A DNA stretch of 54,435 bases from a virus. Its lineage: Duplodnaviria; Caudoviricetes. Below are positions 6,573 to 15,223 of the stretch, piece by piece. The position numbers and the translations under genes were made by a program. The notes under the pieces are model-generated. The model had not been told where the DNA came from. It saw nothing but the letters and a program-made list of their open reading frames with translations, and searched no databases. Location: positions 1 to 54,435 of the IMG/VR virus record IMGVR_UViG_3300028070_000001; one strand, given 5' to 3'. Each line of letters begins with the position of its first letter. The first letter of the stretch is position 1.

Positions 6573-6881
6573 TCATTGTTTTACCAACTCTTCAAACTTA
6601 TCAATGTCTACCACTCGCACAGCTTGAGCATCTACTACTTCGCAAGGAACCATGAAGTCCTGTTTCCAAATCCCGCTATTACGACGTTTAACAATGTTAT
6701 GTGCGTCCTCTTCTGAGTACCTGCCAGCAAACTCAAGAGTAGTAGAATAACCCGATTGGTTCGCTGCCCAAAAGAGGCATACTCCACGCGGCCACATTGC
6801 CTCGTGCGCTTTGGTGAGAATATAATATTGTTGTGGATCAGAAATCTTTCTCCCCTTTAATGCTTTCTCTAGGATTAGCAT
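6573..6881 (-). CDS. Hypothetical phage protein (FWxxNxxGYxTxLxxAGRY motif)
   Basis: Motif typical of small phage early proteins. Confidence 0.7.
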   Translation of the reverse strand: MLILEKALKGRKISDPQQYYILTKAHEAMWPRGVCLFWAANQSGYSTTLEFAGRYSEEDAHNIVKRRNSGIWKQDFMVPCEVVDAQAVRVVDIDKFEELVKQ

Positions 6882-7233
6882 CGTTTAGAAAACGGACAAA
6901 CTCGTAGTTCGTCCATATCTCATCCATAGACAGATAATGATGCTGATTCCAACCCCAATCTGGTTTGTATTCAATCTCTGAATACGTTCTCCCCATTACT
7001 TTAAGTGGATTGGTATCTATCCACATAGCTTCGGATATGCGCTTTACTATTGCCGGAGTCGATATTCCTCCGCAAGTTTGGCATACTCTTTGTTCGCCAT
7101 ACTTGTCTACCGTGATTGAATCAAAAGTGTTCTGGACATGATGCTCTGGACACGCGAATCCAAAGCAATATCCGACAATATCTTTTGGCTTTGTAGCAAT
7201 GTCTGGCTCTGGTTGCACTTGTTTATCGCTCAT
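6838..7233 (-). CDS. Hypothetical protein with CxxxH/CxxC
   Basis: ORF overlapping the HTH gene stop (ATGA). Confidence 0.65.
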   Translation of the reverse strand: MSDKQVQPEPDIATKPKDIVGYCFGFACPEHHVQNTFDSITVDKYGEQRVCQTCGGISTPAIVKRISEAMWIDTNPLKVMGRTYSEIEYKPDWGWNQHHYLSMDEIWTNYEFVRFLNDANPRESIKGEKDF

Positions 7234-7448
7234 TTCTTTTCCTTTGTGAACGTGTACGTTACCGTCAAAGTCTTTTCACGGTTTAGCCCAAAGTGTTCGT
7301 AAATCTTCCTGCCAGGAGCACGGTTTCCCCGCAGCACATCGGAAAGGTAAGCTGCTGAAATACCAACGCTCTTCGCGTAGTCGCGCAAGGACGATCTTCC
7401 TTGCTCTTTGCGGATTAGATCGATTACCTGCTGTTTATCTAAAATCAT
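7230..7448 (-). CDS. XRE/Cro-like helix-turn-helix regulator
   Basis: SLRDYAKSVGISAAYLSDVLRGNRAPG; start MILDK at 7448. Confidence 0.85.
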   Translation of the reverse strand: MILDKQQVIDLIRKEQGRSSLRDYAKSVGISAAYLSDVLRGNRAPGRKIYEHFGLNREKTLTVTYTFTKEKK

Positions 7449-7458
7449 AATGGAAATA

Positions 7459-7559
7459 AGCCTATAACGAATCGGCATCATTGTCAACAGGTTTTTTCGT
7501 ACATACGCTAAATTTTTCTTACGTACGCTCTTGACAGCGTTTGCTATGCGGTGTACAGT
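7459..7559. promoter_or_regulatory. Divergent sigma70-like promoter pair
   Basis: Minus: TTGACA(7487-7482)-17-TAGGCT; plus: TTGACA(7531-7536)-17-TACAGT. Confidence 0.7.
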
Positions 7560-7594
7560 TTTGGAATACGGAATAATGAAAGAGGAATCAGGAA

Positions 7595-7816
7595 TTGAAA
7601 CTGCAATCAGAACCACAAGGTAAACAGTTGTCTTGGAATGAGCTTTTATCGCTTTCTACGGGGGCTCTCGTTCGTGATTTTGAGGGAGAGACAGGAACGG
7701 TGGCTGAAACCACCTTCAAGGGAAGGATCGTAAGGCGTATCGAGTGGGACGATGGGTGTGTCACGTCAATGAGTGGACAGTTTCGGTCTGTAACTGGAGT
7801 CTGGATAGTCGTTTGA
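7595..7816 (+). CDS. Hypothetical protein (small beta-rich)
   Basis: ORF downstream of the plus-strand promoter. Confidence 0.55.
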   Translation: MKLQSEPQGKQLSWNELLSLSTGALVRDFEGETGTVAETTFKGRIVRRIEWDDGCVTSMSGQFRSVTGVWIVV

Positions 7817-7857
7817 TGTTCATCCTTACTCTCTAAATTTTATGCTTGCAATGATGC

Positions 7858-8613
7858 TTGCATTGTGCTACCGTGTACTTGCATAGGGGAGAAGAAATCA
7901 ATATGACAGTTGAAAGTAAAAGAGGGGCAAACGGCGGTGATGCTCGTGCCAAAAAGTTGTCAAAGGAAGAGCGTAAGACAATCGCAAGCACAGCCGCAAG
8001 AGCAAGATGGGCAAAGAAAAAAGCTGAGAATAATCCTGTCGAAACCACAATTTCATACGTCAACACGAAAACAGGAGAGGTAACAGACGCATCTACTATA
8101 ATTGATGCCGAATATCCCGAAGTTGACGAAGTTCCAGTGGCTTCCCCCGCACCTGTGGCGCAAGCAATAGTACCTGTTATTCCTAATGCGCCTAAGCCAG
8201 ATAAGCGTACTACCAAACGCAGGGCACGTTTACCTAAGGAATTTGGAGCAGCACACTCCTACGCGGAAAAAAGGCTGGCTGATGCAATCAAAGAACGCGC
8301 GGAGGCTATGGGAAAAGTCAATATGCTGAATGCTGAGATTCCTTCCTTAGTCCAGATCATTAAGGCGCTCAAAACAACAGAGAGTCCTATCCCATCATTT
8401 AATAATCCGCAAGCATACCAGACGCTTCCTATGCCTATCGCGGTAGGAATAAATACTACGACGCAAGCAGTAAACATTATTCCGCAAGCAGAAGTTATTC
8501 CTCCTGCGCCGATAGCCAACGGTGGAGCAATAGATTTTGATCCATCGCAACAGGATATGCCTGAAGACGCCTTTTTGAGAGGTGCGGCTGGTGGAGATAG
8601 GGGTTGGATTTGA
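7858..8613 (+). CDS. Hypothetical protein with basic GGxARAKKLSxEERKxIAxxAAxARW motif (putative DNA-binding)
   Basis: Motif recognised; likely start MTVES at 7903. Confidence 0.7.
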   Translation: MHCATVYLHRGEEINMTVESKRGANGGDARAKKLSKEERKTIASTAARARWAKKKAENNPVETTISYVNTKTGEVTDASTIIDAEYPEVDEVPVASPAPVAQAIVPVIPNAPKPDKRTTKRRARLPKEFGAAHSYAEKRLADAIKERAEAMGKVNMLNAEIPSLVQIIKALKTTESPIPSFNNPQAYQTLPMPIAVGINTTTQAVNIIPQAEVIPPAPIANGGAIDFDPSQQDMPEDAFLRGAAGGDRGWI

Positions 8614-8795
8614 TGGATAATTGCACACTTCCGATGGATGGTAGTCCTACCTTTTCTTGCTTTCTTGAGGAAATCTTGTGGCTTTGTCGTCACGAAGACG
8701 ATCCTCTAGTTGAAGCGTGGTGGATTGGATTCGAGTTTGGACAAAAAGGGCGTAGTTTTGAACGAGTTGTGTGGAAGCTGAAATATGGAGGATAA
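8604..8795 (+). CDS. Hypothetical protein
   Basis: ORF filling the operon gap. Confidence 0.5.
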   Translation: MDLMDNCTLPMDGSPTFSCFLEEILWLCRHEDDPLVEAWWIGFEFGQKGRSFERVVWKLKYGG

Positions 8796-8973
8796 TATGG
8801 GAATTTTGACAAAAGAACAGTACATTGCAGAAAACGACATCCTGGTACAGATAACGGGCCAGCGAATTTCACCAACGGACTGGGACCGCATCCTTAGCGT
8901 CTGTGACTCCTGCGGAGCGGTTGTGGTCGATCAGGCACTGCACGGTATGTTTCACGAAAGGGAGGCACGGTGA
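8785..8973 (+). CDS. Small CxxC...HxxxH zinc-finger protein
   Basis: CDSCGAVVVDQALHGMFH; RBS GGAGG. Confidence 0.65.
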   Translation: MEDNMGILTKEQYIAENDILVQITGQRISPTDWDRILSVCDSCGAVVVDQALHGMFHEREAR

Positions 8974-10058
8974 TGGAAGACAATTTAATTCCTAAAGACC
9001 TGCAAAATATGTACGACGATGCGAATAATCTTCGCGTGGTGTTTAAGCCGATAGGGAGGAGTATCACAGCTCGTTTGATCGAACGCATCGGACATGCAGA
9101 GAAAACCGTCGAATCTCAGCAATCCCTTCTAGACAAGTATGACGCCGATAACACCGCGCTCGTGCAGGAGAATGCCAAGCTGAAGTCTAGGATTGATGCT
9201 CTTCCTCACGAACCGTTCGACACCGCCGAGGATTTCATCAGAAACCTTGTGGAAGAAAATACGAGCTTCACAAAAACTATTAACCAGCAGAGAGTTGAGA
9301 ACGCTGCGCTGAAGTCACGGGGAGATCAAATCACTCGCGGTGGTTGCGGTAAGCCGGGACACACGACATGCATCGTAGACGAGGGAACGGCCTACTGCCT
9401 GACGTGCGAGTTGGAGCACGAGAATGTCACGCTGAAGACACAGTTGGCTGGGGCTGTGATTGAGCGGAATAGGCTGACAGACGCAATCAACCAGCGTCTA
9501 GCTGCTGTCGAGTCGGGTCCGCTCGTAGACGGAGATGATCCTGACGTGGTGCTGAGGGATTTGGTGGACCATGTGGCGGGGTTTTCTCAGGCTGCGCTTA
9601 TGATACGGGTGCGAGAACTAGAAGAACAGTTAAAGGGGCACTATGCCTCGCCATGCATCGGATACCCAGACTGTGACGGCGATCTTATCGGATATGAACA
9701 TTCCAGCAAGTGTATTGCTGCGCGTCTCGCAGAGAAGATGGTAACCATGCCTGAGTTGAAACTATTGAAGACTAACCCCAAGAAGAGAGCGGCAATCCTA
9801 AGGGGAATTCACCAAATCATCGAAATTGACGAGGGTGTTTGTGGCCAGACACAAGACGCTTTAGACATGCTTGATGATCTTGAAACCATGTCTGGTCGTG
9901 AGAATCTTCTGGTGGATGCGCTGCGGTCGCTCACACAAGTCAGCCGGGAACCATTAAAAAGCAACTACACTTTACGGTCTTTGTGGGTAGATGCTCACAA
10001 CGACTGGCAGTATGCTCATGATTTAGTCGCTCAGTTTGACGCGGAGGAGCACCAATGA
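8970..10058 (+). CDS. Coiled-coil mosaic hypothetical protein
   Basis: 362-aa ORF sharing DNA segments with 11850..12611. Confidence 0.7.
   Translation: MMEDNLIPKDLQNMYDDANNLRVVFKPIGRSITARLIERIGHAEKTVESQQSLLDKYDADNTALVQENAKLKSRIDALPHEPFDTAEDFIRNLVEENTSFTKTINQQRVENAALKSRGDQITRGGCGKPGHTTCIVDEGTAYCLTCELEHENVTLKTQLAGAVIERNRLTDAINQRLAAVESGPLVDGDDPDVVLRDLVDHVAGFSQAALMIRVRELEEQLKGHYASPCIGYPDCDGDLIGYEHSSKCIAARLAEKMVTMPELKLLKTNPKKRAAILRGIHQIIEIDEGVCGQTQDALDMLDDLETMSGRENLLVDALRSLTQVSREPLKSNYTLRSLWVDAHNDWQYAHDLVAQFDAEEHQ
9661..9763 (+). repeat. Direct repeat A, copy 1 (copy 2 at 12249-12352)
   Basis: Near-identical 103/104-nt segments. Confidence 0.95.
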
Positions 10059-10507
10059 AACAGTTTTTAGCAGTTATCTTGCTGGCCGTGGTTGCCAGCG
10101 TGTGCGGGGAGCAGCAGAAAACGGTGAAGCCTGCTTTGCCGCTTGTATGCTCTGATGGCACGAAATGCAAAACAGGAATTGAACTTGGGCGCTGTGTGTG
10201 CCAGCCAAAGAGTGCCAGCATTGTTTCTGTAAAACCGGTGCTATCCCAGCAGGTCATTACTACCCCGCCTATAGGCGGAATGTATGTCGCCGCACCAGTA
10301 AGCAGCTTCGGCCCAGGTCCCTGCGGCTGGTATCAGTCTCCCGGTGAGGATCATCTTCTACAGCCAGACAAGGACGGGGTGTGCAAAATGTCGTACAGTT
10401 TCCACGCTGGCCCCGACGATGCCGATTGCCGGTTTGTATCTAGTGCAGACGGCAAGACGCTCGGCGTTACCTGCACATGGAAGCCGACTAAGGACGGTGA
10501 TAAATGA
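10055..10507 (+). CDS. Cys-rich secreted or membrane-anchored protein
   Basis: N-terminal MKQFLAVILLAVVASVCG signal-like sequence. Confidence 0.65.
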   Translation: MKQFLAVILLAVVASVCGEQQKTVKPALPLVCSDGTKCKTGIELGRCVCQPKSASIVSVKPVLSQQVITTPPIGGMYVAAPVSSFGPGPCGWYQSPGEDHLLQPDKDGVCKMSYSFHAGPDDADCRFVSSADGKTLGVTCTWKPTKDGDK

Positions 10508-10662
10508 CGCCTGCGGAGGAGACAGAGATTGTTCGCGCAATCGAAGAGGCAGTAGTAAGCGAAATATATTTCTGGGGTGAGCGGCAGATAAAAAATCAGC
10601 CACACGCTCTAGCTCAGGAAGTAGCCAAGCGAACGATGCAATACATGAAGGGGGACCGATGA
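10504..10662 (+). CDS. Hypothetical protein MTPAEETEIVR..., 52 aa
   Basis: Short ORF coupled to both neighbours; N-terminus resembles the next gene. Confidence 0.5.
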   Translation: MTPAEETEIVRAIEEAVVSEIYFWGERQIKNQPHALAQEVAKRTMQYMKGDR

Positions 10663-10922
10663 CACCAGCAGAGGAAGAGGAATATGTTCGCTCACGGTGG
10701 AACGACGTAATGGAAGACTATGAAGGGTGGTTATTTTTAGGGTGTCACGATGGCAACGATCATTCGTGCCTTAATATCCACGAGGCTTTCCTGTTCACAG
10801 AGCAGCGGGAAGCGGAGATTGCTGACGTGGAAGAGGAGATCAGAGTGCCCCTAGCGCGTCTTCTTCTTCTTCCGATAGTATGGACGGGCAATCGTAGACG
10901 GCTGGCTTGGCCGGTTCAATGA
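10659..10922 (+). pseudogene. Truncated paralog of 12608..13081
   Basis: Matches 12781-12960 until about 10840, where it runs into a convergent gene. Confidence 0.55.
10661..10840 (+). repeat. Direct repeat B, copy 1 (copy 2 at 12781-12960)
   Basis: Near-identical over about 160 nt then diverging; offset 2120 nt. Confidence 0.95.
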
Positions 10923-11193
10923 GCGTGCAAATCTGGCTGCGCTCGATGTACAGTTCGGTAGTCAGAGCATCGTTTCCGCCCTTGAGCCAATAATTGCGGT
11001 CGTCTGGTTTCTTGGCTAGTGGGTGTGGAAGAAGTTTTGCAAGGGAGATGAATGCTTTCTTACCGGTATCCCCTCTATAGGTACACGAGAAGTAGAGTGA
11101 TCCTCCCACAACGGGAGTATCCGGTTGTTTGTCCAGCGCGTCGGCTAGATTGCGTAGTTCGGTCGCTAATTGTCCTGCGGTAATGTTTGCCAT
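10840..11193 (-). CDS. Hypothetical phage protein
   Basis: RBS GAGAGG; promoter TTGACA(11243-11238)-17-TGTAAT. Confidence 0.75.
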   Translation of the reverse strand: MANITAGQLATELRNLADALDKQPDTPVVGGSLYFSCTYRGDTGKKAFISLAKLLPHPLAKKPDDRNYWLKGGNDALTTELYIERSQICTLIEPAKPAVYDCPSILSEEEEDALGAL

Positions 11194-11308
11194 GTCTGTT
11201 TCCTCTCTTCAGGGATTACAACACAGGCCGTTCGATCTGTCAACGCTTATTTTTGCTTACAACGCGTTTGTTGTTGACAGCCACAAGGAAATTCGATACC
11301 GTTATTGC

Positions 11309-11524
11309 ATGAGAGTTCTTACACGCACGGATGTTGTTGATTTGCTGAAGAAGCGGCAGGGAAATAAGACATTGCGGGTGCTAGGTCTGGAGCTTGGGCT
11401 TTCTGCCGCATACCTGTCTGACGTTTTCCATGGAAACCGAGAACCTGGCCCAACGCTCTTAACCTTACTTGGACTTGAGCGCACCAAAACAACCGAAATC
11501 ACCTATACGAAGGTGAAGCCATGA
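11309..11524 (+). CDS. XRE/Cro-like HTH regulator, paralog of 7230..7448
   Basis: LGLSAAYLSDVFHGNREPG; leaderless after TTGACA(11274)-17-TACCGT. Confidence 0.85.
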   Translation: MRVLTRTDVVDLLKKRQGNKTLRVLGLELGLSAAYLSDVFHGNREPGPTLLTLLGLERTKTTEITYTKVKP

Positions 11525-11853
11525 GCGAAACAAGCGAGATCACAGGCCCGCTCATCAAGGCGCTGAACCAGACGGGAGGATTGGCCATGCGCATGAACAG
11601 CGGGATAGGGATGCGCGGAAAATTCAGAATACATCTACACGATAAGGGTACGGCGGATATTCTATTTTTCCCAAGGCGGGGGGAATACATTTTATCTGCC
11701 CGGCCCGTATGGATTGAGACGAAGCAGCCCAAAGGACACACGAATCCGGAGCAGGTAAAAGCGCAAGCCGAGTTCAGGGAGCGCGTCGAAGCGCTCGGAC
11801 ATAGGTACATTCGTGCCACAACGATTGAGGAAGGATTGGAGGTCTTTAAATGA
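11521..11853 (+). CDS. VRR-NUC-like PD-(D/E)XK nuclease
   Basis: GTADIL...WIETK...EQ...F...V...GHRY pattern. Confidence 0.75.
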   Translation: MSETSEITGPLIKALNQTGGLAMRMNSGIGMRGKFRIHLHDKGTADILFFPRRGEYILSARPVWIETKQPKGHTNPEQVKAQAEFRERVEALGHRYIRATTIEEGLEVFK

Positions 11854-12611
11854 ACTATCCGCAAGAGAAGTACGACGAAGCGAGAGCCACGCCAGCAGGC
11901 GGCATGGTATCGCTGGAGGACGCACTCGCTGATTTCACGCTGCCAGAGTTTACATGTCTTCCAAGCGATCCGGTCGCCACTCCGCTTGATTGGGTCAATA
12001 TGGCCTTTCAGTTTCGCCGCTCCCATCTCACCAAGCCAGAGCCAACCGTAACACTGGTGGATGCGGTAGAGGGGCGCTCGCTCGAAGTACCGGCCCGCGC
12101 GGTGCATAAGATGGAGTACCCGGAGGCTGTCACGTACACTCATGACCCGTGGGCTAATAAGGACGTGTGTAATTTGTGTGGTGTTTACGTTTCTGATCAA
12201 GCCAAACATACAGCGTGGCATGGAAGGGCGGTGAGGTTGATGGACAATGATACCCAGACTGTGACGGCGATCTTATCGGATATGAACATTCCAGCAAGTG
12301 TATTGCTGCCCGTCTCGCAGAGAAAGATGGTAACCATGCCTGAGTTGAAACTGTTCAAGTGCGTTGCTCGTATGGAAGACGGAAAACCCAAGGGAAACAT
12401 GATCGGTGGACGACCCGGAAAGGATCATGTATGGGTTCACAAGAGTTGCGTCAATGCTCGCGAGAAGGTGATGGTGGATGCACTGAGAGACGCGGAGGTT
12501 GTGCTTACGGTGCTTTTGGATGATCTCGGCCAGCGATGCAGTGATGAGAGGCTAACCAGGGACAGAATCAGCGTGTTGATTGGCCAGTACGACGCGGAGG
12601 AGCACCAATGA
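11850..12611 (+). CDS. Mosaic hypothetical protein (Zn finger plus segment shared with 8970..10058)
   Basis: CNLCGVYVSDQAKHTAWH; shared KMVTMPELKL and DAEEHQ end. Confidence 0.6.
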   Translation: MNYPQEKYDEARATPAGGMVSLEDALADFTLPEFTCLPSDPVATPLDWVNMAFQFRRSHLTKPEPTVTLVDAVEGRSLEVPARAVHKMEYPEAVTYTHDPWANKDVCNLCGVYVSDQAKHTAWHGRAVRLMDNDTQTVTAILSDMNIPASVLLPVSQRKMVTMPELKLFKCVARMEDGKPKGNMIGGRPGKDHVWVHKSCVNAREKVMVDALRDAEVVLTVLLDDLGQRCSDERLTRDRISVLIGQYDAEEHQ

Positions 12612-13081
12612 AACAGTTTACGCCAGCAGGATTGAAGAAGGTTTTTGATGAAGCTGACAGACAGTTTGAATCACTGCCGGAGTGGAAGAGGAGTGGCTCT
12701 GCACAGTTTCTTGCTCCTAAGCGCATTGAAACTGAGCGCATAAGAGTGTCTTCAACTAAAACAGTTCCGGTGAAACAGTTGACGCCAGTAGAGGAAGAGG
12801 AATATGTTCGCTCACGGTGGAACGACGTAATGGAAGACCATGAAGGGTGGTTATTTTTAGGTTGTCACGATGGCGACGATCATTCGTGCCTTAATATCCA
12901 CGAGGCATTCCTGTTCACCGTGCAGCGGGAAGCGGATATTGCGGACATACAAGCAGAAATTGCTTGGCTTGAATGGCCATCAACTAAGAACAATAGCATT
13001 GGCGATCTGAGAGAGCGTATTCTCGCTCGTGAGCAAGCAGTCCTTGCGGAGCTGCGGCGCGGATGGAAGGAGCAGGGATGA
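12608..13081 (+). CDS. Hypothetical protein
   Basis: ORF containing repeat B copy 2. Confidence 0.65.
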   Translation: MKQFTPAGLKKVFDEADRQFESLPEWKRSGSAQFLAPKRIETERIRVSSTKTVPVKQLTPVEEEEYVRSRWNDVMEDHEGWLFLGCHDGDDHSCLNIHEAFLFTVQREADIADIQAEIAWLEWPSTKNNSIGDLRERILAREQAVLAELRRGWKEQG

Positions 13082-13815
13082 AAGAGCATGGGTTGTTATG
13101 CACATCGTCAGTGGCGCTGGCTATGCACGAGGGGCGGCAGACGCAGGATCGTAGGCCGATGAATCCGCAACCAACGCATTCTCTTGTGTCTCAATCTGAA
13201 GGATATTCCGGTTCATGGTATGGCCACGGAGAATGCAACGGAAAGTCTGAAGTATGGAAGTGCCCGGTTCAGGTCGGCGACATCTTCTACATTCGGGAGC
13301 CTTACTACGCCTACGGGCGCTGGATCACGCGGTACAGCGCAAAGAAGGGGCGTGACGAGTGGCACTTCGAGGACATGACTGAAGTTGTCGGAGAGGTTTA
13401 TCAATTTTATGAAATAGTCCATTTCATTCACGCTGAAGAGAACAATATCGGATGGTACAAGCGCCCATCTCTGTTCATGCCCAAGGAAGCGTCCCGCACA
13501 CGCAAGCGGGTCACCGGCATACGGGTAGAGCATGGGCCGGAGATCAGCGAAGAGGACGCGATTGCGGAAGGGGCTATATTTACCGACTACGGGAGATGGT
13601 GCTTTCATCAGGGAGGCCCGCGATGCGATGTGGGGAACTGCCCGGCACCGAATGAGCATCACCAGCAGAAGGATGGCTGGGCAATGGAGCGCACGTCAAG
13701 CACGGAACAATGCTATGCACACGCCAGTATTGCCTTTCGAGCACTCTGGCATGATCTATACGGCGACGACAAGCCGTGGCGCTGGGTTTACGAATTGGAG
13801 GATGCGGGAAAGTGA
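13063..13815 (+). CDS. ASCH/PUA-like phage protein
   Basis: GRQTQDRR...CPVQVGDIFYIRE...PSLFMPKEASR...IRVE...ISEEDAIAEG...PWRWVYE pattern. Confidence 0.75.
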   Translation: MEGAGMKEHGLLCTSSVALAMHEGRQTQDRRPMNPQPTHSLVSQSEGYSGSWYGHGECNGKSEVWKCPVQVGDIFYIREPYYAYGRWITRYSAKKGRDEWHFEDMTEVVGEVYQFYEIVHFIHAEENNIGWYKRPSLFMPKEASRTRKRVTGIRVEHGPEISEEDAIAEGAIFTDYGRWCFHQGGPRCDVGNCPAPNEHHQQKDGWAMERTSSTEQCYAHASIAFRALWHDLYGDDKPWRWVYELEDAGK

Positions 13816-14090
13816 AGAGAGACACCCAGCGTAAGGCTGTTGAGATTCTTCAGGCAATAGACAAGATTATTCAGGAACATGCCGAAGAATACGAGCATGG
13901 AAAAATCCGTGGACCTGTGATTGGACTGTCTCCTGATTGGGGACCGTTTTCGTGGACTATCGAAGTTGGAAATTCGCATACTCACGCTGGAAGCATGGAA
14001 GAAAACTTTGAGGATTTTGTTTCTAGTCTGCATGATACCCTGTGCCGAGATCGAGGGATGAGTTGGCACACAGAAGGGGAAGAAAAGTGA
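13776..14090 (+). CDS. Hypothetical protein
   Basis: ORF; likely GTG start at 13812. Confidence 0.55.
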   Translation: MALGLRIGGCGKVKRDTQRKAVEILQAIDKIIQEHAEEYEHGKIRGPVIGLSPDWGPFSWTIEVGNSHTHAGSMEENFEDFVSSLHDTLCRDRGMSWHTEGEEK

Positions 14091-14239
14091 TGTGGATTGA
14101 GTTAGGCACGTTCGTTGCGTTTGTTTTGTGGTGTGCAAGGATGGATGACAGATGATTACATACTACATATTATATTTCATTTTAGGTGCTTTCATGGCTT
14201 GTGCGTATGCTATATTGTTGTTAGGGAAAAAGTATACAC

Positions 14240-15223
14240 TCACGCCAAATGATCCATCGGAACGAATCCGTATCGTCCTGAAGGCTCCTGACCACTTTCG
14301 CAATGAACCCTATGCGGGCAAGGAATAGGGAAATAACAGGTGCTCAACTGCTGTTCAGGAAGTTCCTCTGTTGAATAAATTCTCTTCAGTTTACTCTTGG
14401 CAAGATTGATGATTCTATGTTGATTTTCCTCGTCTAGAGCAGGAACGTCAACCCTAAAGCATAGGTCTTGCAGAACCTCGTCCTTAATCATACCATCTAA
14501 CCATTCTTTAGTAGAAATCTGGTCGTAATCCTCTCTCCATACTTCAGACCATGATTCCTTAAATCCTCTACCTATAAAATTCCTTCGCTTAAACCTAAGA
14601 CCTTTATTTATCGGATGCCGAAATCCTTTTGTCCATGCGCTGTGATATTTTCCGTCACGACGAGAGCCTATATTGACCACTACAATCTGCATAGGAAGGT
14701 TATACGCCGCTATTTCTCCTAGCGTTCCCCACTCTCTGCAAGTAGAGTAGTGCCTATCCTTGCTCCATGAACCAACTAGGGCTACACGTCTCAAGAATTT
14801 CCCGTCAGGCGATAGGAGAGCGGAACTGTTCCAAGTAACCCCATCACCTAGATCGACAGTCTCAGGAATTTCCCAAGGATCGTCTGTCGGTTTACGAATG
14901 GCGCTTGTAATTATATCTGCGAGTGACGCCAGATTGATAATGCTACCGTACTGGTCTACAGTGTCTTCCTGAATCAATTCTCTGTCACGGGCAATTCCGA
15001 TAACGCACTCACCCGACGCATCACCATAGTCCTTGCGGCTTGTGGTAAGTCCAGCTTGAATTCCTAACGCTAACAAATCCTTCGCTTCAATCCTAGCGCG
15101 TTCCCAGTCGCGGCTCCAGATGCCTAACCGTTGGCAGCGCTCGTAGGAAGACATTATGGATGAGCTATTCATTTTGACCAGATGTTTTTCTTGGCGTCTC
15201 GTCTGTGACCAGTTTACCATCAT
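14240..15223 (-). CDS. Cas4/AddB-like PD-(D/E)XK nuclease-fold protein
   Basis: N-terminal SSYERCQR plus C-terminal CYFPIPCPHRVHC four-Cys arrangement; catalytic motif not clear. Confidence 0.55.
   Translation of the reverse strand: MMVNWSQTRRQEKHLVKMNSSSIMSSYERCQRLGIWSRDWERARIEAKDLLALGIQAGLTTSRKDYGDASGECVIGIARDRELIQEDTVDQYGSIINLASLADIITSAIRKPTDDPWEIPETVDLGDGVTWNSSALLSPDGKFLRRVALVGSWSKDRHYSTCREWGTLGEIAAYNLPMQIVVVNIGSRRDGKYHSAWTKGFRHPINKGLRFKRRNFIGRGFKESWSEVWREDYDQISTKEWLDGMIKDEVLQDLCFRVDVPALDEENQHRIINLAKSKLKRIYSTEELPEQQLSTCYFPIPCPHRVHCESGQEPSGRYGFVPMDHLA

Noticed and set aside
10661-12960. Diversity-generating retroelement TR/VR pair
   Set aside because: Mismatches are not adenine-specific and no reverse transcriptase is visible in the window
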